The notes: generated from the letters alone by a model not told the origin. Shown: positions 36,840 through 50,150, numbered from the whole stretch's first letter. The stretch: 59,963 nt of DNA, filler included, from Isurus oxyrinchus (GCA_026770705.1; 2 parts of 2 records of this genome joined end to end with filler, not necessarily neighbours in it), one strand, 5' to 3'. Program-made: numbers and translations.

Positions 36840-38900
36840 AGGTACATAGAAACTAGGAGCAGGATTAGGACATTCAGCCCTTCAAGCCTTCTCCGCCATT
36901 CAATATGATCAAGGCTGACCCTCTATCTCAAAGCCTTATTCCCGCTTTCTCTCCGTACCCTTTGATGCCCCTAATATCAAAATATTTATCAGTTTCTTTC
37001 TTGAATACACTCAGTGACCCGGCCTCCACAGCCTCTGTGATGGAGAATTCCACAGATTGACCACCCTCTGAGTGAAGAAATGTTTCCCTATCTCAGTCCA
37101 AAATGGCCTGCCCTGTATCCTGAGATTGTCGCCCTTGGTTTTAGACTCCCCAACCAAGGGATGCATCCTCCCTCCATCCAGTCTGTCTATCTCTGTTAGA
37201 ATTTCTTACGTTTATTCAGGTCTCCTCTCATTCTTCTAAACTCTAGTGAATACAGACCCAGTCGTACCAATTCTCCTCATACGACAGTCCTGCCGCCCCT
37301 GGTATCAGCCTAGAGAACCTTCTCTGCGCTCTCTCGACGGCAAGTCTATCCTTTTTTAGGGAGGGAGACCAAAACGGCACGTAGTACCCCATGTGCAGTC
37401 TCACCAAGACCTTGTATAACTGCAGTAAGACATCCCTACTCCTGAACACAAATCCTCTTGCAATGAAGGCCAACATACCATTTGCCTTCCAAATTACTTG
37501 CTGCACCTGCCTGTTTACTTTCATTGGCTAGTGCACAAGGACACCCAGATCCCTTTGTACATCCACATTTCCCATTATATCACCATTTAAATAATACTCT
37601 GCCTTTCTGTTTTTCACACCAAAGCCTACAATGTCACATTCATCCACATCATCTGCCATGTGTTTGCCCACACACACAACATGTCTAAATCGCCTTGAAG
37701 TCTCTTTGCATCCTCCTCACAGCTCACACCCTTACCCAGCGTTGTGTCATCAGAAAACCTGGAAATATTGCACTTGGCTCCCTCACCCAAGTCATTTAAA
37801 TATATCGTGAATAGTTAGGTCCCAAGCACGGATCCCTGTGGTACACCACTAGTCACTGCCTGCCACTCAGATAAAGACTAATTTATTCTGACCCTCTGTT
37901 TCCTGTCTGTTGACCAATTCTCAATCCATGCCAGTAAATTACCCCCAATCCCATGGGCTTTAATGTTGCCCACTAGCCTCTTATGTGGGACCTTATCAAA
38001 AGCCTTCTTGAAATCTAAAAACACCACATCCACTGGTTATCCCTTATCTATTCCACAAGTTACATCCTCAAAATCTCCAGTAGATTAGTTAAGCATGATT
38101 TTCCTTTCATTAACCCATGCTGACTTTGTCTAATCCCATTAATGCTTTCCAAGCGTTCCGTTAGCACACCTTATATAATAGGCTCTAGCGTTTTCCCCAT
38201 GACTGATGTTAGACTAACTGGTCTGTAATTCTCTGATTTTTCTCTCCCTTCTATTTTAAATAGTGGAGTTACAATTGCCACTCTCCAATCTATAGGAACT
38301 GCTCCAGAGCCTATAGAATTTTGGAGGATGACCACCAGTGCTTCCAATATTTCCAGGGTCACTTCCGTTAGTCTCTGGGATGTAGATTTTCAGGCCCTGG
38401 GGACTGTTCAACCTTTAACCCATTAATTTCTCCAGCTCCATTTTTTAAAACTAATCCTGATTATCTTCAATTCCTCCCTCTCACTAGACACTTGGTTCCC
38501 TAACATTCCTGGGAAATTATTTGTGTCCTCTTTTGTGAAGACAGAACTAAAATATATGTTCAGTTCTTCTGCCATTTCTTTGTTTCTCATTAGAATTTCC
38601 CCCATTTCTGACTGCAAGGAACCTACATCAGTCACTGCTAATCTTTCTCTCTTCACATATTTATAGAAGCTTTTACAGTCGGTTTTTACGTTCCCTGCAA
38701 GTTTACTCCCATGTTCCATTTTCCCCTTCTTGATCAATCTTTTTGTCCACTTTTGCTGAATTCTAAACTGCTCCCAATCCTCAGCATTGCCGCTTCCCCT
38801 GGCAATTTTATGTCTCCTCTCTGGATCTAATACTATCCCTAATTTCTTTTGTAAGCCCTGGTTGAGCACCATTTCCTGACTTATTTTTACGCCAGACAGA
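36840..38900 (-). mobile_element. Decayed CR1 LINE (intronic)
   Basis: NYRPVSLTSVMGKTLE, KSFYKYVKRER and KANGMLAFIARG fragments. Confidence 0.88.
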
Positions 38901-39029
38901 AATGGATAATTGTTGTAGCAAATGCTTCAGCCTTATCTTTTGCCCTGATGTGCTGGGCTCCCCCTTCATTGAGGATGGGGATATTTGTGGATTCCCCTCC
39001 TCCAGTGAGCTAATTGTCCGTTACCATTG

Positions 39030-39900
39030 GATACGAGCATTAGTGGACTGTATTAGACCATTATCGAAAATGAAAGCCGGACTCCAGTATGGCCTCACTA
39101 TGATGGATATGACAAATCGATTTCCAGAGACCATCCCTTTAGGAACAATTACAGCTAAAGTAGTAATAGGGAAGTTAACCCAATTTTTTACCCATTATGG
39201 ATTACTGCTGGAGATCCAGTCAGATCAAGGTTCCATCTCTATGTCTTAAAATTTTCCGAACATAATGAGTAATTTGGGTATAAAACAGTTAAAGTCCACA
39301 GCATATCATCCATAGACACGGGGATCTTTAGAGAGGGACCAACAAACCCTCAAAACAATGATTGAAGCTATTGTCATGAACTCCCCATGACTGGGACAAA
39401 GGACTGGATTTTCTTGTATTTCCCACACGAGATTCACCAAATGAATCGGCAGGTTTTAGTCTTTTTGGAATAACTTATGGACACGAGATAAGAGGCTGTC
39501 TGAAATACATCAAAGAAAGATATTCCGGACAGAGGGATGAATCCTCTATTTCAGATGATGTGTCCATGTTTCAGGAACGGCTCATAGGAGCCTCCAAAGT
39601 GGCACAAGAACATCTTATAGTTTCTCAAACAGAAATGAAGGAATGGGGCAGACAGGCAAGCTGTGACCCGAACATCACAACCAGGGGGATGACGTGTTAG
39701 TATCATTGCCTTGGCAGGGGGAGCCTCTGAAAGCGTGGTTCAGTGGTCCCCACAAGGTAATTAGGAGGGTTGGTCAAGTAAATTATTTGATAGACACCCC
39801 AGATTGTAGAATAAAGAATCGGCTGTGACACATCAATATGTTAAAACGATACCATCGTAGGGAGGGAGGTAAAAAGGAGCAGGTATTTCATTTCCAACCA
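39030..39900 (+). mobile_element. Gypsy-type LTR retrotransposon integrase remnant
   Basis: VDCIRPL..LTMMDMTNRFPETIPL..FFTHYGLLLEIQSDQGS matches an rve core. Stops and frameshifts follow. Confidence 0.8.
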
Positions 39901-40079
39901 GATTCTGCATACATTACAGAAAGGTTAATGCAGCAATAAAACCAGATTCCTACCCAATCCCCCGTTTAGAAGATGGTATTGACGGGGTTGGCAGTGCCAT
40001 GTTCCTTACTGAGATAAATTTGTTGGCAGTGGGAGGTGTTCGTGACCATCAGTGTGGAAGGGTTAGGTTTACAGGTTAC

Positions 40080-40605
40080 ACAGACCACACACGCACCAAC
40101 AGACACACACACACATGNNNNNNNNNNNNNNNNNNNNNNNNNNNNNNNNNNNNNNNNNNNNNNNNNNNNNNNNNNNNNNNNNNNNNNNNNNNNNNNNNNN
40201 NNNNNNNNNNNNNNNNNNNNNNNNNNNNNNNNNNNNNNNNNNNNNNNNNNNNNNNNNNNNNNNNNNNNNNNNNNNNNNNNNNNTACACGCACACGCGCAC
40301 ACAGACAACACACACGCACACACAACACACACACACCTGCACACACGCACATGCACACACACGCACACACACACACACACGCATACACACACACACGTAA
40401 GCACGCACATTCACATGCACACGCACACATACACAACACACNNNNNNNNNNNNNNNNNNNNNNNNNNNNNNNNNNNNNNNNNNNNNNNNNNNNNNNNNNN
40501 NNNNNNNNNNNNNNNNNNNNNNNNNNNNNNNNNNNNNNNNNNNNNNNNNNNNNNNNNNNNNNNNNNNNNNNNNNNNNNNNNNNNNNNNNNNNNNNNNNNN
40601 NNNNN
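40080..40605. repeat. (CA)n-rich microsatellite with two assembly gaps
   Basis: Direct inspection. Confidence 0.9.
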
Positions 40606-41015
40606 TCAGTGCTGCACTGGAGTCTCGGTGTCAGCTCCGATTCTGTGCTGAAGGAAGGTAAACTCCAGATCAACAAGACCCTGAATTGGATGAGCAACCT
40701 CCTGAACAGAGAATTGTAGATTTACCCCTCAGTGCTCCATCGATCAAATACAATCATTGCCTGTCAAGCCCTTGGGGACATTCTGAGGATGTGAAAGGGA
40801 GTTTCTTTAAATCTGGATGGGCAGGGTCTCTGGTGGGAGAATGCTCCTGCAGTGTGACAGTTTACATAGGCAGTGCCCATTGTAAATGTGACATAGGAAA
40901 ATATCTTGAGGGAAGGTACCTGGAAATGCATACAGACATCAGATACAGAGACATGATGCATGGAGTCTTGCTGTGCACTATGTTTGCTCACGTTAAAATC
41001 TTTATATGTTTTTAG

Positions 41016-41297
41016 ATGCACCACGGAATCTCTCAATCAATTCTCTTGATATGATTAACGCTTCATGGATCAATATAATTGAGGGGAATTCTGCAGTGAT
41101 AATCTGCTCTGTCGAGAGCTTCCCAGCTTCTAACCTGACGTGGCGACATCTTAATGTCCCACTGATCAGAACAAGTTCCAACGATGAGCTGTGGCTGGTG
41201 ATTCCTCACGTTACATCCAAGGACACTGGAAACTATCAGTGTGTGGCAGAGAATGAACATGGAGCAGTGGAGGGATTCATAAACATCACTGTGGAAT
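41016..41297 (+). CDS. Siglec-like receptor, C2-set exon 3a
   Basis: TTTAG/GTGAGT-bounded, 282 nt, phase 1-1. YAPRNLSI..IICSVESFPASNLTW..DTGNYQCVAENEHG. Confidence 0.88.
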
Positions 41298-41319
41298 GTG
41301 AGTTAATGCAAACTTCAAC

Positions 41320-41359
<40 letters not shown>

Positions 41360-42184
41360 CACACACAAACACACATACACACACACGTGTCAGCTCCCTC
41401 TCCTCTCTCAGTGCTGCACTCGAGTCTCGGTAGCAGCTCTGATTCTGTGTTGAAGGAAGGTAAACTCCAGATCATCAAGACACTGAATTGGACGAGCAAC
41501 CTCCTGAACAGTGAATTGTAGGTTTATCACCCAATACCCCATTATTCCAAAGCAATTCCTCCATGGTGAAATCTCCGTGAACATCCTGATCATGTGAAAG
41601 ACACTTTCTTTTCTTCTAGCCCGACAGTGTCTCCTCTGGTGGAAGGCTGTAATTACAGCGTGACAGTTTACATATCCACACGCAGCAAGAGCTGAGCAAC
41701 ACTCAGCTTGGGCTGAGAAATGACAAGTAATGTTCACACCACACAAGCACCAGGCAGTGATCATCTCCAACAAGAGAGAATCTAACCATCTCCCCTTGAT
41801 GTTCAATCACTTTCCCATCGCTGAATCCCCCATGATCAACATCCTGGGGGATGTTAACCAAACACCGAACTGGACCGGCCATAAATACTGTGGCTACAGG
41901 AGCCGGTCAGAGGCTGGGAATTCTGTGGGTGTGAAAAACTCACCACCACCTCCTCAAGGGCAATTAGGGATGGGTAATAAATGCTGGTCTAGATAGATAC
42001 ATCCACTTCCCATGAATATGCAAAAAGGAACACACTGGCAGTGTCTGTTACAAATGGTGACATAGAAAATCATAATGGAGAAAGAAGCCTTGACATGCAC
42101 ATAGACACCAGATGGAGAGAGATGATACCTGGAGTCTTGCTGTGCACTGTGTTTGCTCACAATGAAACCTTTATTTGTATTTAG

Positions 42185-42466
42185 ATGCACCACGGAACCT
42201 ATCAATTACTTCTCTTGATATGATTAACGCTTCATCCATCAACATAATTGAGGGGAATTCTGCAGTGATAATCTGCTCTGTCGAGAGCTTCCCAGCTTCT
42301 AACCTGACGTGGCGACATCTTAATGTCCCAATGAACAGAACAAGTTCCAACAATGAGCTGTGGTTGGTGATTCCTCACGTTACATCCAGGGACACTGGAG
42401 ACTATCAGTGTGTGGCAGAGAATGAACATGGAGCAGTGGAGGGGTTCATAACCATCACTGTGGAAT
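42185..42466 (+). CDS. Siglec-like receptor, C2-set exon 3b (duplicate of 3a)
   Basis: 282 nt, phase 1-1, near-identical to 3a (DTGDYQCVAENEHG). Confidence 0.88.
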
Positions 42467-42779
42467 GTGAGTGTGGAGATACATTTGTTTGTTTGTTGTC
42501 TCCGTGGTCTCCATGGAGCCATTGGGATCGTGTTGTTTTTAATCCAGTTTTCTTCAATCCTCGCTCAGTCCACGTTATCCACACACCCAATTTTTCCTCT
42601 TCCTTTCTGTTTTTGCTCTCAGTTTCTCCTTCAATGGTTGTGAGGACAAGGCTGTCAGGTCTTCGTTTCCAATCTCCGTACTTGATGAACTTTCTCTCTC
42701 TAACTGTCCTGAACTACCCTTTTAATTGCTGAACATCTCCTCTTGATCTAAGTCACTCATTGGTCTTTCTGTCCATCCA

Positions 42780-43960
42780 GCTGATTCTGAGCATCTGGCA
42801 GCATCTGTGGAGAGAAAGACAGGGTTAGCGTTTGGAGTCCGTAAGACTCCTCTTCAGAGCTAAAGGGAAGTAGACATGTGGTGAAATATATCCTGTCTAA
42901 GGGGGGGCGATGGGACAGGTGGAGCTGGATAGAAAACCAGCGATAGGTGGAGGCAATGGAGAGATTGTGGAAGATGTCATAAACAAAAGGTCAAAGGGTT
43001 GTTAACAGTGGTGGTATTGGATAAAGGAGGTGCTAATGGTGACATTAAGCAGAGTGTGATAATGGGGGACCAGGGTAAGCACTCTGGAAAGAGACAGATG
43101 GCCCTTGTGGGGGTGTGGCAGGGGGAGGGGACGGTGGAGGGAATAAAGATCGAAAATAGACTAAAATCTGTGGATAAAACAATCAATAAAAATGGAAATG
43201 AATTTCAAATAATAATAATAAAAATAAGTGGAAAACAGTCAACAAATAAAACAATTAAAATGAATACATAAAAAAAGGGTTCAAAAAGCAGTGAAGATCG
43301 AGGAGAGAGTTCATGATCTGAAATTGTTGAACTCAATATTCAGTCCGGAAGGCTGTAAAGTGCCAGGTCGGAAGATGAGGTGCTGTTCCTCCAGTTTGTG
43401 TTGGGCTTCACTGGAACAATGCAGCAGGCCAAGGACGGACATGTGGGCATGAGAGCAGGGTGGGGTGTTAAAATGGCAAGCGACAGGGAGGTCTGGGTCA
43501 TGCTTGTGGACAGACCGAAGGTGTTCATCAGAGCGATCACCCAGTCTGTGTTTGGTGTCTCCAATGTAGAGGAGACCACATTGGGAGCAGTGAATGCAGT
43601 AGATTATATTGAAGGAAGTCTGCATGAAGCGCTGCTTCACCTGGAAGGAGTGTTTGGGTCATTGGACAGTGAGGGGGGAGGAAGTAAAGGGGCAGGTGTT
43701 GCACCTTCTGCAAATGCATGGGAAGATGTCATCGGAGAGGGTTGAGATGCTAGGGGTGATGGAGGAGTGGACCAGGGTGTCCTGGAGGGAATGATCCCTG
43801 TGGAATGCCAACGTGGGGGGGGGGTGGGGGGGGCGGATGTGGTGAAGGGAAGATGTGTTTGGTGGTGGCATCATGCTGGAGTTGGCGGAAATGGCGGAGA
43901 ATGATCCTTTGAATGAGGAGGCTGGTGGGGTGAAAAGTGAAGACAGGAGGGACCCTTACG
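42780..43960 (-). mobile_element. Penelope-like element fragment (GIY-YIG)
   Basis: IYCIHCSQCGLLYIGDTKHRLGDRSDEHLRSV in ORF 43311-43640. Confidence 0.82.
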
Positions 43961-44335
43961 TTGCTCTGGGAGGGAGAGGAATTTGCAAGGGGGGATGCGC
44001 GGCAGATACACAATCTCCAACTCTTTCTCAACCATTAAGATGCTCCTTAAAACCATTAAGACACACCATTAAAACCTCCTGCTTTCAGCGAGCTTTTGCT
44101 CACCTCTCCTAATATCTCCTAATGTGACTCGGGGTCAGATTTTGTCCGAAGGAGGTGAGAAATGATGGAGGGAATTCCAGAGGTTAGGGTCCAGGCAGCT
44201 GAAGGCACGGCCGCCAATGGTGGAGAGATGGGAATGGGAGAATGTGCAAGGGGTCAGAATTGGAGGAGCGCAGAGATTTCGGAGAGCTGTGGGGTGTGGG
44301 GATTACCTGCTGATTGTTCTCTGTCTTTGTTCCAG

Positions 44336-44611
44336 ATTCCCCACAGGAGACGATGGTGTCCATCAGCAGATCCTCAGGTGGGATAAGAGAGGGAAGCAAT
44401 ATCACATTAACCTGCTCCAGTGAAAGTGTCCCACCGATATCTCATTACACCTGGTTCAGGATCGAGGGGAACACCAGCACCCAGTTAAACACAAGTAGCC
44501 GCACTCTCTCCTTCACTCCTGTAACACGGGAGAATGATGCAGGTTTCTACTGCACAGCGAGGAACCCAATGGGTAACAGCACCTCCAACATCACCCACCT
44601 GAACGTACAAT
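44336..44611 (+). CDS. Siglec-like receptor, C2-set exon 4
   Basis: TCCAG/GTAAGC-bounded, 276 nt. IREGSNITLTCSSESVPPISHYTWF..DAGFYCTARNPMG. Confidence 0.9.
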
Positions 44612-44959
44612 GTAAGCATTTTACTCCCCCTGTCTCTGCTTAAAACTCAAACACTTTCTGTCTGAGGGCAGCTTCCTTGCTGTGGTTTAGCATAACTAGC
44701 ATCACCTCCCTGCTTTTTTCACCCTGCGCCTCTCCGAGATACATAAGGAGATATTAGAACAGGGACTGAAAGCTCAGAGAAAGAGGCCGGATTTTAAGGA
44801 GTGTCTGAAATGAGGAGAGAGATAGAAATGGAGAGGTTTACGGAGGTAATTCCAGAGCTCGGGGCCCAGGCAGCTGAAGGCACGGCCGCCAATGGTGGAG
44901 CGGTAGGAATCGGGGGATGGTCAAGAGGCCGGAATTGGAGGAACGCAGAGACCTCGGAG

Positions 44960-45260
44960 GGATGTAGATGCTGGAGGAGGTTACAGAGATAGGGAGGGTT
45001 GTGGGGTCTGGAGGAGGTTACAGAGATAGGGAGGGTTGTGATGGCTGGAGGAGGTAACAGAGATAGGGAGGGTTATAGGGGCTGGAGGAGGTAACAGAGA
45101 TAGGGAGGGTTGTAGATGCTGGAGGAGGTAACAGAGATAGGGAGGGTTGTGGGGTCTGGAGGAGGTTACAGAGATAGGGAGGGTTGTAGGGTCTGGAGGA
45201 GGTTACAGAGATAGGGAGGGTTGTAGGGGCTTGAGGAGGTTACAGAGATAGGGAGGGAGT
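44960..45260. repeat. 37-bp tandem repeat (GGAGGAGGTTACAGAGATAGGGAGGGTTGT...)
   Basis: About 8 units, reverse complement of the 33115-34070 family. Confidence 0.85.
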
Positions 45261-45567
45261 AAGGAGGGATTTGAAACGATGATAATTTTAAAATTGTGGC
45301 ATTGTCGGACCGGGAGCCAGTGTAGCTCAGTGACCAACAGGGAGTGATGTCTGAACGGGACTCGGTGTGAGTTAGGACATGGGGACAGCAGAGTTTGGGA
45401 TGAGCTGATGTTTCCGGAGAGTGGAAGATGAGAGGTCGGGCAGGAGAGTGTTGCGATAGTCGAGTACGGAGGTAACAAAGGCAGGAATGAGTGTTTCAGT
45501 GTGAAGATTCTATCTTACGCTCTAACTTTGCTATGAAGTTGTCTCATTGTTGTCCTTCCCTCCTCAG

Positions 45568-45861
45568 ATAAGCCGGAGATTTCCCAGCAGTCAGAGTGCA
45601 CTCGGAGGTCAGAGGGGGTCACCTGCATCTGTGTGGCCAACTCCAACCCACCCGGAGACCTCACCTGGCACCTGCCCAGTGCCAACATCAGTGCTAACCA
45701 AACACACGGAGGTTTTGTGTCGTGGCAGGTCAGAGATGGGCATCTGGTGACTGGTTCCCTCACCCTGATGAGACCCCAGGATGAGGGGGGAGTGATTGCA
45801 TCCTGCTCGGTTCAAAACCCACATGGGGAAGCCATGTTCAAGATGTATCTGTGGGTCAAAG
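45568..45861 (+). CDS. Siglec-like receptor, membrane-proximal Ig exon (MAG domain-5-like)
   Basis: CTCAG/GTGAAA-bounded, 294 nt. SECTRRSEGVTCICVANSNPPGDLTWHLPSANIS shows the C..CxC..SNP pattern of MAG and CD33-related proximal domains. Confidence 0.88.
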
Positions 45862-46209
45862 GTGAAAGACTCGCTCAGGATCGATCTCCACTCAGCTGGA
45901 TTGATCCCTAAACTCGAGAATTCGCTCCCTCAACCTCTCCACCTCTCTCTCTACCTCCTCTAAGATGCTCTTTACAACTGACCCCTTTGACCAAGCTTTG
46001 AATCGTCTGACCTCATGTGACAATGGCAACACTTGGTCAAATTGGAGCCAGGCCGTTCAGGGGGTGATGTCAGGAAGCACTTCTTCACACAAAGGGGAGT
46101 GGAAATCTGGAACCCTCTCCCCCAGATAAGCTGCTTCATTGGGTGCAAGACAGAAAGCTTTGACAAAATGTCCTTTCTCAGCAATACTCAGGTTCTCCTC
46201 CCAAACGAT

Positions 46210-46355
46210 AAAATATTATATATAAACATTTCATAGATTACATTGATAAATATTATATATAAATGTTACATAGATTACATTGATAAATATTATATATAAA
46301 TGTTACATAGATTACATTGATAAATATTATATATAAATGTTACATAGATTACGTT
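46210..46355. repeat. AT-rich 37-bp tandem repeat, about 4 copies
   Basis: catagattac recurs at 46232, 46269, 46306 and 46343. Confidence 0.85.
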
Positions 46356-46782
46356 GAGAAACGCAACAGCTGATTTGTGCAGAGCAAGATCCCACAAACA
46401 ACAGTGTGAAGATGAGGTGATAAATGATTATTTTAGTGATGTTAGTTGATACATATATATAGAAATTAAAGATATAATTACACATTTAGTGAGGGAAACC
46501 TGTCCATTTTAACAGGTCTGGGTGTGTATGTGACTCCAGTCTCAAACACCAACATGGTTAACTCTTACCTGCCCTCTGAACTGGTCTCCCAGTTTGGGAC
46601 AAACCAGTGGTTCAGGAGGAAGACCCCCCACCACCTTCTCAAGGGGAAACTAGGGATGGACAATAAATGTCAGCATTGCCCGAGAATGAGTATTTAAACA
46701 CTGAGTGAGTGTATCGCTTCTCGAGATACATCGGAGCATCATTGTAAACCTGTAGTGCAGTAATTAATGACTGTTTTTACAG

Positions 46783-46879
46783 GTAGAGACTCCAGTAAAT
46801 GGACAGTAGGATTGTTCACGGCTGGGATCATGTTGAGTGTTTTCCTGGCTGGAATCTTCATCTTCATCTGTGTGAGAAA
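46783..46879 (+). CDS. Siglec-like receptor, transmembrane exon
   Basis: TTTTACAG/GTAAGT-bounded, phase 1-2. GRDSSKWTVGLFTAGIMLSVFLAGIFIFICVRK has no charged TM residue. Absent from the ORF track. Confidence 0.88.
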
Positions 46880-46999
46880 GTAAGTCTGAAGATTTAACTT
46901 GATTTTAATATAAACATTTGTTTAGGATTAATTGGACAGTTTTTACAAAGGGCCAGCACAGGCACGATGGGCTGAGTGGCTCCCTCCTGAGCTGTGAGA

Positions 47000-47470
47000 T
47001 TTTAAATTCTTTCATCGAATGTGACTGTCACTGGCGTGGCCAATACTAATTGCCCATTCCCTAAATGCCCCTTGAGAATGAGGTGGTGAGCTGCCTTCTT
47101 GAACCACTGCAGTCCATGTGGTGTAGGTACACCCACAGTGCTGTTAGAGAGGGAGCTCCAGGATTTTGACCCAGCGACAGTGAAGGAACGGTGATATATT
47201 TCCAAGTCAGGATGGTGAGTGACTTAGAGGGGAACTTCCAGGTGGTGGTGTTCCCATGTGTCTGCTGCCCTTGTCCTTCTAGATGGTAGAGGTCGTGGGT
47301 TTGGAAGGTGCTGTTGAAGGAGCCTTGCTGAGTTGCTGCAGTGCATCTTGTATATGTTACACACACTGCTGCCACTGTGTGTTCATGGTGGAGGGAGTGA
47401 ATGTTTAATGTGGTGGATGGGGTGTAGATCAATCGGGCTGCTTTGTCCTGGATGGTGTCGAGCTTCTTAA
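47000..47470 (-). mobile_element. LINE 3' end (duplicated at about 49470-49935)
   Basis: Reverse complement of the 53750-54180 family. Confidence 0.8.
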
Positions 47471-47602
47471 TTCTGTGCTTTGTGCAGAAGTGATTTAAAG
47501 AGACAGTCCAGTCGTTGGTGTAAGGTTACAGTGGGCACTGTGTCTGTGCTGCACTGACTCTCTGCTATGTGATAACCACAGTGTGATATTGTGTTATTGC
47601 AG

Positions 47603-47684
47603 GAGGAAGACAGCGATGGAGGAGAGAGTTTCAGGGACCAGTGACATTGCATTGACCCCCAGTCCACTCTCTGTGAAGCACCAG
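47603..47684 (+). CDS. Cytoplasmic tail A, exon 1
   Basis: TTGCAG/GTACAG-bounded, 82 nt, phase 2-0 matching the TM exon. RKTAMEERVSGTSDIALTPSPLSVKHQ. Confidence 0.8.
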
Positions 47685-48670
47685 GTACAGGAGCTGTTTA
47701 CACTCACTCCAAAGCTTCAATCTCAGTGTGTAGACAACACATGTCCCAGATTCCCTGCCCAGTTACCCACTGATTTGTACCTGTGGAGTCAGCAATGGTT
47801 CAGTATCATGCTGTCTCTCTGTTATGACACAGCAACTGGTAAAGGCTGTTGTTTAAAAACCCAGAGGGAAACTTTAAACAACTGTCATAACCTATATTTC
47901 CCAGTGGAATGTTTGAGATGCATCTCTAAATTCAGGAATAAGACCACCAGTTCTCGAGATGGGTTTATATCAAACTAAATGAGACATATATTAATTTACA
48001 CAAGTTAAACATATGCACATGGTTACAAACTAGTATTATCATAACTTTTTAACAAATTCTCAAACTAATCTCCTCTAAGACAACCCATAGTCTTTAAGCA
48101 GATTCCAGGCATTTTCACCTCACAAATTCCAGTTTCTCTCTCTATCTCAACCTCCCTTTCTTTCTCTCTCTTTCTCTCTCTCTCATCCTCTCTCTGATTA
48201 CAAGGTTCATGTTATTGAGCCTCACGTCAGGCACCTGTGTGCAGAATCCAAGCCGTCACTCACCAGAGCCATTACCGATTGAGTGCGAGACTGACAGAGG
48301 GTCAGTACTGAGGGAGCGCTGCACCATCGGAGGGTCAGTACTGAGGGAGCGCTGCACTGTCAGAGGGTCAGTACTGAGGTTTTTGCTGCGCTGTCGGAGG
48401 GTCAGTACTGAGGGAGTGCGAGACTGACAGAGGGTCAGTACTGAGGGAGTGCGAGACTGACAGAGGGTCACTATTGAGGATGTGCTGCACTGTTGGAGGG
48501 TCAGTCCTGAGGGAGCACTGCACTGCCATAGGTGGTTTCTTTCATAAGACATGGGAGAGAGAGTTAAACCCACTGAGACACGACTGACATTAACGAAGCT
48601 GCACAATAATTTAACCCTATCAGTGCCAGTAAATAATGTGAGGATGTCTTCTGTTTCCATTTCTCTGTAG

Positions 48671-48919
48671 GGTAAACAGAACGTGCTGATTACTGAGCCC
48701 CGGAACACAACCAGAGACACAACTAGTGAGGGGGAGACCCCAGCTCCCCGGGGTCTCTCTGAAGATGCAGTGGGAGGCGATGCTGGACTTGGGAACCCCG
48801 GCAAACCTGAAGAGTTTCTCTACGCCAATCCCCAAGTTTTGAGGGTGTCCAGTGATGATGGGTCTGTCCACAGGGAAGAGGAGACGGAATACGCACAGAT
48901 CAGGTTTGAGCATAACTGA
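48671..48919 (+). CDS. Cytoplasmic tail A, terminal exon (FLYANP degenerate ITIM, distal TEYAQI)
   Basis: CTGTAG acceptor, phase 0, open to TGA. Confidence 0.8.
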   Translation, partial: GKQNVLITEPRNTTRDTTSEGETPAPRGLSEDAVGGDAGLGNPGKPEEFLYANPQVLRVSSDDGSVHREEETEYAQIRFEHN

Positions 48920-49445
48920 ATGAGAAATGGGGAGTGGGAGTGAGGAGATGTGGGTGTGCGGGTAGGGATTGAGATCCCTGGGAACAGGAAACAACCCACT
49001 GGGGGAGAGGGGGAGAGAGGGAGGAAGGGATGGAATTGGGCTGCGGTTGGTGTGGTTTGGAATGAAATGCTTCTCCAGAGAGGACTGGATGCTGAGCCAT
49101 TGAGGAGTGAGATTCACTGTCTCTCTCTCTCTCTCTCTCTCTTCCTCTCTGTCTCTCTCTTTCTTTCTGTGTCAGTCTCTCATTCTCTATCTCTTGCTCC
49201 TCCTTTAAGATGACCCTTAATGACTGACTTTGTTGACTCAGCTGTTGGTCTCCTGTCCCTAATATCTCCTCATGTGCCTCAGAGTCAGGTGAAATGTGAC
49301 TAACAATCCCCGGATGAGCCTTGGGACATTTTGCTACATTGAAGGTGCTATATAAATGCAAGTTGTTGCAGTAACTCTGATCTGCTTCGATTAACAATGG
49401 AACCACAGAGGTTCCTTCGACAGGGCGTGTGTGCAGCAGGGTCAC

Positions 49446-49451
49446 AATAAA
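49446..49451 (+). terminator. Candidate polyadenylation signal for tail A
   Basis: AATAAA about 530 bp after the stop, just before the second duplicate block begins (about 49458). Confidence 0.5.
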
Positions 49452-50068
49452 TACATTGAGCTGTGAGATTTTTAATTCTTACATCGAATGTGGCTGTCAC
49501 TGGTGATGTCCGCATTGATGCCAATCTCTAACTGCCCTTGAGAAGGTGGTGGTGAGCTACCTTCTTCACCCGCTGCAGTGCATGTGGTGTAGGTACACCC
49601 ACAGTGCTGTTAGAGAGGGAATTCCAGGATGTTAACCCAGCGACAGTGAAGGAATGGTGATATATTTCCAAGTCAGGATGGTGAGTGACTTGGAGGGGAA
49701 CTTCCAGGTGGTGGTGTTCCCATGTGTCTGCTGTCCTTGTCCTTCTGGATGGTAGAGGTCGCGTATTTGGAAGGTGCTGTTGAAGGAGCCTTGCTGAGTT
49801 GCTGCAGTGCATCTTGTAGATGGTACACACACTGCTGCCACTGTGTGTTCATGGTGGAGGGAGTGAATGTTTAATGTGGTGGATGTGGTATGGATCAATC
49901 GGGCTGCTTTGTCCTGGATGGTGTCGAGCGTCTTGATTCTGTGCTTTGTGCAGAGGTGATTTAAAGAGAGAGTCCAGTCATTGGTGTAAGGTTACAGTGG
50001 GCTCTGTGTCTGTGCTGCACTGACTCTCTGCTATATGATAACCACAGTGTGATATTTTGTTATTGCAG

Positions 50069-50150
50069 GAGAAAGACAGCGATGGAGGAGAGAGTTTCAG
50101 GGACCAGTGACATTGCATTGACCCCCAGGTCACTCTCTGTGAAGCACCAG
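50069..50150 (+). CDS. Cytoplasmic tail B, exon 1
   Basis: 82 nt, phase 2-0. RKTAMEERVSGTSDIALTPRSLSVKHQ. Confidence 0.8.

Noticed and set aside
48285-48530. Short 32-bp repeats (gagggtcagtactgagggagtgc), also at 51340-51530
   Set aside because: Small intronic tandem repeat carried along in the tail duplication, with no independent significance evident.
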